Program-made: the position numbers and the translations under genes
In this document: positions 27,107 through 34,698 of the stretch, piece by piece
Layout of the letters: each line of letters starts with the position of its first letter
Numbering within the stretch: position 1 is the stretch's first letter
The notes under the pieces: model-generated
Seen by the model: the letters and a program-made list of their open reading frames with translations, nothing else
Told to the model about the DNA's origin: nothing
Databases searched by the model: none
Assembly: GCA_036170295.1 (NCBI GenBank)
Contig: JAVHOY010000190.1
Span: 1-34,698, forward strand
Source: a bacterium
Lineage (GTDB): Bacteria; Chloroflexota; Anaerolineae; Anaerolineales; Villigracilaceae
Length of the DNA stretch: 34,698 bases
Direction of reading: 5' to 3'

Positions 27107-28713
27107 TGAACTTTATCCTTTGTTTCGTCAGCGTCGTCTTTTTGATTCGCGTTCAATTCAATCACGATTTCCGCCGCTTCAAGCGCGCGCCCTAATTCTC
27201 GCGCCGTCGTTTGCAGAATACCGTTCATGCTGGTTGAAGCCCAAACTTTTGCGGTGATTTCGCTTGCCAGTCTTTCGCGCGCGGCAATGGATTGACTTTC
27301 TTCCACCAGACGCGCATTCTCCAGCGCCAGCGCGGCTTGCGTGGCAATGGCTTCAATGAGATTTTTTTGTTCGAGCGGCAAATCTTCCTTTGTTGCCATT
27401 TCGATCTGACCGATGATCTGATCGCGCAGAGTCAGCGGGATCGCAATTTGATTTTGTCCCGTTTCGTTCTCGCCCAGCGAATATTCCAGCCGCTGTTCAG
27501 CCGCAGTGGACGACCATGCGTTTTGTAAATATTGTCTTTGCGTAGCGCGCATTTCAGCCAGACTTTGCTGCGCTTCTTTGAACAAGCGCGCGTTTTCAAA
27601 CGCAACCGCAATTTCGTTTGCCATGTTTTGATAAGTCTCGGCGTCCTGTTGTAAAAAGGCGTTTTCCTGTTTGGATTGCAATTCTAACGCGCCGATGACG
27701 CGCTCGCCTATCGCTAAGGGAATGGCAATCTGAGATCGCGTATAGGGAAGCAAAGGATTGTCAAAGCGGACGGGGTTGTCTCCCGTATCTTGCGCGATGC
27801 GCGTCTGCCTCATGCGGATTGCCGCGCCGACGAGATTTTTTCCTTTGACGTCCATGCGATATTTATTCTCGCGCAACACTTTACCCGCGTCGCCGGTGGC
27901 TTCTTTGAGCTCAGCCCACCGTTCGGTGACGTCCAGTAAAAAGACGGCGGCATAGTAACATTCAAATTCGTCGCCGATTAAACGCGTCGCGCGCGCCAGT
28001 AATTCATCGGGGTCTAAAATCGAAGTGATCGAACGCCCAATTTCGTTAACTCTTCTTAACTTCGTCGTGCGCTCCAACACTTTATCTTCGAGGCTGCCGC
28101 GTTGCTTCTCTAATTCGTTCAGCGCTAAAGATGTTTGTTTTTGCGCCTCAACAAATTCTTTCTCCAGCCGTTGAAAGCCGAGAATAATTACCGCGCCAAA
28201 CAACAAGATGACGGCGGTTCCGCTGATCCAATCCGCGAGTTTTGCTTCGGCGATAGCGCTCAGCGCTTTGACGTCGCCGTTCAGCATTAAGTAGCCAAAT
28301 AGGATGCAGGTAATCATGATCAGCGCGGTGGCGATCATGCCGGCTCTTGGCGAGAGCAACATGGTCGCAAGAACGATCAGCGCTAAAAAGAAAATACTGC
28401 TGTCTCCCAAAATATTGTAGCGGATCAATTCGCTTACGCTGATGACGTAAACGCTAAGCAGAAACACTCCAATACGAATTTGGTATGGAAAGCGTATGAA
28501 CGTTACAACCGCGATCATTACATAAACTGCGACAAACACAGAATTGAGCGCGGCATCCCCCGTGCTGCTGACCGCTGAAACTAAAATGACGGCGCCAAAG
28601 ATAAGCGCTCCAATCAGCAAAGGCAAGACAAATCCCTCGCGCCAGTTTTTATACAGCGCGCGAGTCGCTTCATCCGAATTAAAGGCTTTAGGGAATGTGA
28701 ATTTGCTTGCCAT
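27103..28713 (-). CDS. Membrane receptor: multi-TM intramembrane sensor + GAF + minimal split-GAF module
   Basis: About 6 TM helices, LEDKVLERT helix, GAF (YYAAVFLLD...FDNPLLPYTRSQIAIPL...ALELQS). Confidence 0.86.
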   Translation of the reverse strand: MASKFTFPKAFNSDEATRALYKNWREGFVLPLLIGALIFGAVILVSAVSSTGDAALNSVFVAVYVMIAVVTFIRFPYQIRIGVFLLSVYVISVSELIRYNILGDSSIFFLALIVLATMLLSPRAGMIATALIMITCILFGYLMLNGDVKALSAIAEAKLADWISGTAVILLFGAVIILGFQRLEKEFVEAQKQTSLALNELEKQRGSLEDKVLERTTKLRRVNEIGRSITSILDPDELLARATRLIGDEFECYYAAVFLLDVTERWAELKEATGDAGKVLRENKYRMDVKGKNLVGAAIRMRQTRIAQDTGDNPVRFDNPLLPYTRSQIAIPLAIGERVIGALELQSKQENAFLQQDAETYQNMANEIAVAFENARLFKEAQQSLAEMRATQRQYLQNAWSSTAAEQRLEYSLGENETGQNQIAIPLTLRDQIIGQIEMATKEDLPLEQKNLIEAIATQAALALENARLVEESQSIAARERLASEITAKVWASTSMNGILQTTARELGRALEAAEIVIELNANQKDDADETKDKVQ

Positions 28714-28714
28714 G

Positions 28715-31700
28715 TTATGAGCCTTTTTGACCTTTGTTCTCTTCAGGCTTTACTTGGATCTTTGTGTAACGCGCTCCGGTAATGCGCGTCAATTCGCTGG
28801 CGGTGGTCATCATAATGGATTGAATGTCGGTAGACCTGCGGATTTTTCCGCTCACTTCGTAGATCAGCCTTTCGCGTTCCGCTTGCAGGCGGATCTGTTC
28901 GAGCAGGCGCGCATTGGCGATGATCGCCGCAAGGCTGCCGCCTAATGTGCCGAGCATTTCTTCGTCGTTTTCCGCGTAAGCGTCAAGTTGTTCGCTTTCC
29001 ACGTTCAACACGCCGAGCAATTCGTTGCGATAAACCAACGGGATGGCAAGTTCGGAGCGCGTATTGGAACTAATCTCAAAATAGCGCGGGTCTGCGGCGA
29101 CGTCTTTGATGCGTAAAGGTTTTCTGTACGCCGCCGCCCAGCCGATCACGCCGCTGCCAATCGGAATCCGCAATTGAGTAATATCTTCGGCGTATCCGAT
29201 GGAAGCTTTGACTTCAAGGTTTTTGTTTTCAGCGTCCGCCAGTAAGATGATGACGCGGTCGCCGCCCAGCGTTACTTGTAAGCCGCTCACCGCGCTTTCC
29301 AACGCTTCATCGAGCGTTGTGCCAGATGCGACTGTGGTGGTGATGTGGTGCAGAAGACGATGCTGCGAAAGATGTTCCTGCGTCTCTGCGAACAATTCCG
29401 TATTGATTACCGCAATCGCAATTTGATCCGCAAGGATTTGCAGAATGCGTAAACTTTCTTCGGTGAATGCGTAAGGCTTTGCGCTTTGCACATCTAACAC
29501 GCCTAGTATGCGCTCGCCGACTTTCATCGGAATGGCGGCTTCGGCGCGCGTTTCAGGAAAGAGGGGATTCGCGTAGTAGGTCGCGTCTTTTGTCGTGTCA
29601 TTAATGACCAGCGCTTCGCCGCGACTGGCGACAAATCCGACGATGGATTTTGAGCCGACGCCGATCTTGTAGCCTGCGCGTTTCATTTGCGCCCCAGCTT
29701 CGCCCGTCGCTTCGCGGATCACAGCGAATTCTCCAGACAGGTCGCGCAGGAATACGGACGCATGATAAAAATTAAAACGCTCGCGAATTAAGTTGACCGA
29801 TTTGGCGAGCAGCTCGTCAATATTTAGCGAACCGCTAATATCGCGGGCGATTTCTGCGGCGGTTTCTAGTTGCACCGCTTTGCGTTGACTCTCCTCTAAA
29901 AGATGGACGTTATGCACCACGCCCGCCACTTGAGCGGTGACGGTGGTTAGAAATTTCAAGTCGTCTTCGTCGAAGGCGTGTTCGCGCTCGGCGTCCTGAA
30001 TGATTAACGCGCCGATGGGTTTGTTCTGCACCAACATGGGAGCGCCCATCCATGAACGCGCCGCTTTTCCCACGATCTTTGCGCCCAGCTTGGCGGCTTT
30101 CCGTTCTGTATCTTCCACCAGCATCAAAGGTTGAAGCGTGCGAATGAGTATGGAGGTTAACCCTTCTCCTAACGGGAAAGACTCAATCGCTAGAATTTGT
30201 CCGTCTTCGTAACCGAAAGGCACATTGATGGTGTTTGTTTTTTCATCGTAAAGCGCGACGAGCAAGTTGTAATCGCCGATGATCTCTTGTATTTTTTTAT
30301 GCAGCGCCTGATAGAAATCTTGCAGGCTGGAGGATTTTGAGATGGCTTCATTAATAGAAGCGAGCGACTCCACTTCGCGGAGGTGTTTTTCCGTTTGCTG
30401 GATCGCGTCCGCTTTATCTAAAGAGACAGACATCAGCTCCGCTAGATTTGTGTAGGGTTGCAGCGCCGCGCTTGTGAGAGTTCCTTGCCGCATCCCCATC
30501 ATCATGACGACTTCTAGTTTGCCGTTTTTTCTGATGGGCAGATAGGCGGCGCTTTCAATCTTTATGCTTTGCGCGAAGTTCTTTAACGCGCTGGGGCTTT
30601 CGCCGACTTTGGGCGTGGCGATGATCGGTCCGCGTGAAAGATATTTTTCAATTTCTTCCGTTGCGATTGAAATGCGTTTCGGCAGCGCGTCGAGCGGCAA
30701 GCCGATTTTTGTTTCGTCTGAAGACGAGAATATTTCCAGCCCATCGTTTTGCGCGCGCAACCACACCACGACGTAAGGCGCTTCCTTTAGAATTTGATTG
30801 CCGATTTTAAGGATTTTATCTTCCGCGTTTGATTCCGCGATCAATCGGCTGGAGCGATACAAGCGCGCAAGTTCGTCAAAGTCAATCTGGCTGATTTCGG
30901 TTAGCCCGGCGGTTTGAATTGCCGTCGCCAGTTGACTGGCAAGCGTTTGCAGCATGACGATTGTCTCTGCGCCAAACGCATCTTCTTGCGCGCTTTGCAC
31001 ATCCAAAACGCCCAAGACCAAAGCGCCTCTTGAAATGGGCAGAGTCGCTTCAGAGCGCGTCTCTGGCAACAATTCATTCTTCAAGTGGAGTTCGTCTTCC
31101 GAAACATCCGAAGCGATGCGCGGTTGATTATTCGCGCCGACCCAACCCATGATGGAGGTTGAGCCGACTTCGAGTCGGTAGTTGTTTTCCTTCAATCCTT
31201 GTGTGGCGGGACCGAACCCCGCTTTGAATTCAAGATATTTTCCGCTGCGATCCAGCATGAACACGCTGGCTTGATAAAAATCGAATTGCTTAATCAGCAG
31301 TTCCACTGTGGAACTGAGCATCTCGTCGAGGTTGGAAAGCGTCGTGAAATTTTGAGCCACCTCGGCGGCGGTGTTGATCTGGCGCGTGCGCTCGTCCACT
31401 TTTTGTTCAAGCGAGCGATACGTGCCGACGAGCTCGTCCGCCATTTTATTGAACGAACTGGCAAGGAAGCCTACTTCGTCGGCGCTTAATACTTCCGCGC
31501 GCTGGCTAAAATCGCCTTCCGCGAATTTTTGCGTAATCTCCGAAAGCGCGCTCAAGGGCTTGACGACGCGGTTCGCGCCGAGCGTCAGCACAATCGTCGT
31601 GGCGACGAGCGTTCCCAGAATCAATAAAATTGTGAACGGCGCTAGGCTTGTGATCTGCCTGTAAATATCCGCTTCTTTTGCTTCTAAAACAACGCCCGCC

Positions 31701-32599
31701 TGCATGAAGGGAAGCCATTGAATTTGCGCCAGCGCCGCTTCGCCTTTGGATGTGGTAATGTCCATTGCGGCTGGTTTTAATTCGCTCTTTTTGATCAAGT
31801 CTGATAATTGCGCCGCGATCTTAATCTGCGTCGGCGCGGACGCGTCGGCGAGAAGAAATGCGTCGCTATTTGAGTCGCGATAGACGACTTGTCCGCTTGA
31901 AAGAATAAAATAAGTATTGGCTAGCGGAGACAAGCCGTTGATTGGCTGAGTCATTCTGGATAGATTTTTGCCTTCGGTAATTCCCACTAAAGTTCCAAGC
32001 GTCGAGCCGCGCGCCGTATTGTATTTGTAGGCGGTTATGAAGACGAACTTGTTTTCATAAAGCGGAGACAACCCGTATAGTGCGAGCGAGGGATGTTCTT
32101 CCGAAATTTGATCGAACATAGACGGGTCAACGATCTTGCCCTGCCATTGCGGGTCGCTTGAGATTTTGACGTTCCCGTTGAAATCAATCAAAATAAAATT
32201 GTTAAAAGACGGCGATTCTTCCAGCGCGTTCAGGCTTTCAAACTCTTTCAAAAAATCGGCGCGGATTTTATCAAATTCTTCGGGGCGTTGCGGGTTGGCG
32301 TGCAAGCCAAGTTCGATTAATAGTTTAAAGTCGTTTTTATCAAGCAGATGTTTAAGTTGATCTTCTTTATTTTTTACTTCGGCGTTTACCGTTCTTACTT
32401 GCGTATCAAGCAGGTTTTGATACTGAGCGACGGCTTGCTCGCGTAACAGCGCGCGCGCGCGAAAATAAGCCGCGCCCGCCATCAAGGCGAAGGGGATGAA
32501 AGTGAAGACTAAGAGCGTTCTTACAAGCGTGCCTGCCAGACTGCCCTTAAATCTTTTTTGCTTAGCGTCAAGGATGGGCGTCGTTTGAGTTTTTGTCAT
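28715..32599 (-). CDS. Large membrane receptor: Cache + HAMP + five tandem GAF domains + orphan GAF-start tail
   Basis: TM-Cache-TM and HAMP (DEVGFLASSFNKM). The GAF repeats contain LDVQS, AYLPI (degenerate), SWMGAPM, LDVQS and LNVES, followed by the AERERL...EL tail. Confidence 0.9.
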   Translation of the reverse strand: MTKTQTTPILDAKQKRFKGSLAGTLVRTLLVFTFIPFALMAGAAYFRARALLREQAVAQYQNLLDTQVRTVNAEVKNKEDQLKHLLDKNDFKLLIELGLHANPQRPEEFDKIRADFLKEFESLNALEESPSFNNFILIDFNGNVKISSDPQWQGKIVDPSMFDQISEEHPSLALYGLSPLYENKFVFITAYKYNTARGSTLGTLVGITEGKNLSRMTQPINGLSPLANTYFILSSGQVVYRDSNSDAFLLADASAPTQIKIAAQLSDLIKKSELKPAAMDITTSKGEAALAQIQWLPFMQAGVVLEAKEADIYRQITSLAPFTILLILGTLVATTIVLTLGANRVVKPLSALSEITQKFAEGDFSQRAEVLSADEVGFLASSFNKMADELVGTYRSLEQKVDERTRQINTAAEVAQNFTTLSNLDEMLSSTVELLIKQFDFYQASVFMLDRSGKYLEFKAGFGPATQGLKENNYRLEVGSTSIMGWVGANNQPRIASDVSEDELHLKNELLPETRSEATLPISRGALVLGVLDVQSAQEDAFGAETIVMLQTLASQLATAIQTAGLTEISQIDFDELARLYRSSRLIAESNAEDKILKIGNQILKEAPYVVVWLRAQNDGLEIFSSSDETKIGLPLDALPKRISIATEEIEKYLSRGPIIATPKVGESPSALKNFAQSIKIESAAYLPIRKNGKLEVVMMMGMRQGTLTSAALQPYTNLAELMSVSLDKADAIQQTEKHLREVESLASINEAISKSSSLQDFYQALHKKIQEIIGDYNLLVALYDEKTNTINVPFGYEDGQILAIESFPLGEGLTSILIRTLQPLMLVEDTERKAAKLGAKIVGKAARSWMGAPMLVQNKPIGALIIQDAEREHAFDEDDLKFLTTVTAQVAGVVHNVHLLEESQRKAVQLETAAEIARDISGSLNIDELLAKSVNLIRERFNFYHASVFLRDLSGEFAVIREATGEAGAQMKRAGYKIGVGSKSIVGFVASRGEALVINDTTKDATYYANPLFPETRAEAAIPMKVGERILGVLDVQSAKPYAFTEESLRILQILADQIAIAVINTELFAETQEHLSQHRLLHHITTTVASGTTLDEALESAVSGLQVTLGGDRVIILLADAENKNLEVKASIGYAEDITQLRIPIGSGVIGWAAAYRKPLRIKDVAADPRYFEISSNTRSELAIPLVYRNELLGVLNVESEQLDAYAENDEEMLGTLGGSLAAIIANARLLEQIRLQAERERLIYEVSGKIRRSTDIQSIMMTTASELTRITGARYTKIQVKPEENKGQKGS

Positions 32600-32607
32600 T
32601 ACTAAAG

Positions 32608-33060
32608 TTAACTATACTCCCAAACAGGTTCTCCACTTAAGATGCGGCGGATCTGATCGGGGAAGCGGTCGGGGTCGAGCGGTTTTCCTAGAAAACCGTC
32701 GAAGCCTGAAGTCTTCGCCTTGTTCATTTGCTCTATGCTGGCTTCGGCGGTGACCGCGACAATCGGCACATCTTTGAAGCGTTCTGAAGCGCGGATTTTT
32801 TTCAACGCGCCGTAACCGTCTTCGTAAGGCAGGCGGATGTCCATGAGGATCAAGTCGAGTCGCGGCAGCGTATCCGCGTATTCCACCACCTCATAGCCCG
32901 ATGTTTTCCATTCGCAGTGAATTCCTAAATATCCGAGCATGCGCGCGATCAACACAAAATTGGAGACATTGTCTTCCACCACTAGCACAGCCGCGTCTTT
33001 GGGAATATTGGGTTTGTGGATAGGTTGCGTATCAAATACGCCGGGCGTTTGGTCAGACAT
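32608..33060 (-). CDS. Single-domain response regulator (DivK/CheY-like receiver)
   Basis: VVEDN, ILMDIRLP (phospho-Asp), AVTA and GKP motifs; start moved to the ATG at 33060, preceded by AAGGAG. Confidence 0.9.
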   Translation of the reverse strand: MSDQTPGVFDTQPIHKPNIPKDAAVLVVEDNVSNFVLIARMLGYLGIHCEWKTSGYEVVEYADTLPRLDLILMDIRLPYEDGYGALKKIRASERFKDVPIVAVTAEASIEQMNKAKTSGFDGFLGKPLDPDRFPDQIRRILSGEPVWEYS

Positions 33061-33445
33061 TATTGCTCCTTGTAAATCGCTCGATTTGCTGGGCGAGCGT
33101 GTCAATGTCAATCGGCTTTTGAATATATCCGTCGCATCCCGCCTCCAGCGATTTTTCTCTATCGCCGCGCATGGCGTTGGCAGTCACTGCAATAATCGGA
33201 ATTTTTGAAAATTTTTCAATCGCTTTTATTTTGGCGGTCAATGTATAACCGTCCATATCGGGCATGTTAATATCCATGAGGATAACGTCAACGCCGCCGT
33301 TTTCCAACTTTTCGATGGCTTGTTTTGCGTTCACAGCCTCGACCATTTCGTAGCCTTCCGAGTTCAAAACGCGGCGGATTAAGTTTCTGTTGTCAGGATT
33401 GTCTTCCACATACAGTATAGTGCTTTTTTTTTCTGTCGGCGTCAT
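33053..33445 (-). CDS. Single-domain response regulator, DivK-like
   Basis: YVEDN, ILMDINMPDMDG and IPIIAVTANAMRGDREKSLEAGCDGYIQKPID; GGAG RBS upstream. Confidence 0.92.
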   Translation of the reverse strand: MTPTEKKSTILYVEDNPDNRNLIRRVLNSEGYEMVEAVNAKQAIEKLENGGVDVILMDINMPDMDGYTLTAKIKAIEKFSKIPIIAVTANAMRGDREKSLEAGCDGYIQKPIDIDTLAQQIERFTRSNNV

Positions 33446-33525
33446 AGCGAATTTCTCCGAAACCTATTGTACTTGTAAGCCGAAAATGCCTACATGACAG
33501 CAACCTTACAATCATCTAAAAATAT

Positions 33526-33557
33526 AACCAAAAGGTCGAGGGGTTTGTCCTCGACCT
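33526..33557 (-). terminator. Rho-independent terminator downstream of tRNA-Gly
   Basis: Perfect 9-bp stem AGGTCGAGG-(ACAAACC)-CCTCGACCT followed by TTTGGTT on the minus strand. Confidence 0.7.
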
Positions 33558-33564
33558 GATGTTG

Positions 33565-33636
33565 AGCGGGTGATGGGACTCGAACCCACGATATCTTGCT
33601 TGGGAAGCAAGCGTTCTACCACTGAACTACACCCGC
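33565..33636 (-). tRNA. tRNA-Gly (anticodon CCC), 3' CCA not encoded
   Basis: Full cloverleaf GCGGGTG-TA-GTTC AGTGGTA GAAC-G-CTTGC TTCCCAA GCAAG-ATATC-GTGGG TTCGAGT CCCAT-CACCCGC-T, followed by CAA. Confidence 0.96.
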
Positions 33637-33648
33637 TTGATGAGAAGG

Positions 33649-33678
33649 ATTATACGCTACGCGGAAAAGCCATGTCAA
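33649..33678 (-). promoter_or_regulatory. Consensus sigma70-type promoter of tRNA-Gly
   Basis: TTGACA (33678-33673), an 18-nt spacer, then TATAAT (33654-33649), ending 12 nt upstream of the tRNA 5' end. Confidence 0.8.
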
Positions 33679-33711
33679 GTGACGATTAAAATCCGCGACT
33701 TGCCTTCTTTG

Positions 33712-34698
33712 TCACTGTTTTCGATTAAGCAAAACGTTTGCCAGTTCAAATATGGCTTCGTCCGCCGCTCCCTGCGGATTTGCCTGACGCAAATATTCCA
33801 ACGCCTGATGCGTTTCCTGCGCCGCGATTTCTTCCGCGTAGTTTTTTGCGCCTTCGTCTTCCAATTGCTTTGCAACCGCTTTCACTTCATTTATCCTAAT
33901 CGCGCCTTGTTTCCAGCGCTTTGCAAATGCGCCTTGTTTGCCAAGCCCATACAATGTTGGCAGTGAATTTTTTCCTTCCACCAGATCGCTCGCCGCAGAT
34001 TTGCCCGTCAGCGCTTCGTCGCCCCATACGCCGAGAATGTCATCCTGAATTTGGAAGGCAAGTCCCAAGTGAAATCCAAATTGACGATAGGATTCCTGTT
34101 CCGTTGCGCTTGCGCCGCCGAGCAGCGCTCCGATATGCGTACACGCGGAAAGTAGCGCGGATGTTTTCCCGCCGATCATCGGGAAGTAGTCTTCGATGGT
34201 CAGGTCGCTTCGTTCTTCGTAGGACATATCGAGGAATTGTCCGCGCGTCAAATCAAGACAGGCGTCTTGCAAAATAGAAGCGGCGCGCAGGACAGTGTCG
34301 GCGGAGTATGTTTTCGTCAAATCCAACAACGCTTGATTGGAGATCACAAACAGCGCGTCGCCGACGTTGATTGCCATCGGCGCGCCCCATTTTTTCCACA
34401 CCGTCAATCTGCCGCGCCGCTTATCCGAATTATCTTGAATATCGTCATGCACGAGGCTGAAGTTATGCACGAGTTCCACTGCGGCGGCGGCGGGCAGCGC
34501 GGAGCGATAATCAGCGCCGCAGGACGCCGTTGCCAGCAAAACCATCAGCGGGCGGATGCGCTTGCCCGTTGCATCTTTGTCCGCGCCTGCGCCCGTCCAG
34601 CCCATGTGATAAGTAAGCATTTCATGAAAGAGCCGCGTGCGATTTTCATCCAAGCGAGCGACTTGCTTTTGCAACTCCGCTTCTATTTCGGGCAGCAT
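33712..34698 (-). CDS. Short-chain trans-polyprenyl diphosphate synthase (GGPP/FPP synthase, IdsA-like); start may lie beyond the window
   Basis: GKRIRP, FARM HNFSLVHDDIQD...RRG, GQFLD, KT and SARM-like FQIQDDILG. Confidence 0.92.
   Translation of the reverse strand: MLPEIEAELQKQVARLDENRTRLFHEMLTYHMGWTGAGADKDATGKRIRPLMVLLATASCGADYRSALPAAAAVELVHNFSLVHDDIQDNSDKRRGRLTVWKKWGAPMAINVGDALFVISNQALLDLTKTYSADTVLRAASILQDACLDLTRGQFLDMSYEERSDLTIEDYFPMIGGKTSALLSACTHIGALLGGASATEQESYRQFGFHLGLAFQIQDDILGVWGDEALTGKSAASDLVEGKNSLPTLYGLGKQGAFAKRWKQGAIRINEVKAVAKQLEDEGAKNYAEEIAAQETHQALEYLRQANPQGAADEAIFELANVLLNRKQ

Noticed and set aside
1649-32599. Calling the receptors MCPs or histidine kinases
   Set aside because: None contains an MCP hairpin signature, H-box or HATPase motifs.
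1649-32599. Receptors as truncated pseudogenes of multi-GAF kinases
   Set aside because: All 13 end at the same conserved point with intact frames and tight coupling, which indicates a selected architecture.
33565-33636. tRNA-anchored genomic island or prophage
   Set aside because: No integrase, no repeat of the tRNA 3' end was seen in the window, and operon composition resembles the flanking housekeeping gene.
1-34698. CRISPR array or DGR-like repeats
   Set aside because: The repeats seen are in-frame paralogous coding motifs; there is no regular spacer structure, cas gene or reverse transcriptase.

Overview
Almost the whole window (1-33445) is one tightly packed minus-strand signalling operon. 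The protein style suggests Chloroflexota/Anaerolineae, but that is inference. In transcription order it encodes two single-domain DivK-like response regulators, a 1294-aa Cache-HAMP-5xGAF receptor, and 12 paralogous membrane receptors with two lipoprotein solute-binding proteins interspersed. An orphan ParA/Soj ATPase follows, then the 5' part of a PAS-containing protein (1-884, missing from the ORF track) that runs off the window and may be a kinase. The receptors have different input domains (dCache, single Cache, four-helix bundle, TM-only) but share a conserved GAF domain and a C-terminal 'half-GAF + orphan GAF N-terminal helices' module. None has a kinase, MCP, GGDEF or other catalytic output. 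The split-GAF pieces are distributed asymmetrically: tail only in the first receptor, both pieces in 12 receptors, core only in the PAS protein. This suggests an MCP-independent receptor array assembled by GAF complementation and positioned by ParA (hypothesis). Upstream lie a tRNA-Gly(CCC) with a consensus promoter and terminator and a polyprenyl diphosphate synthase.
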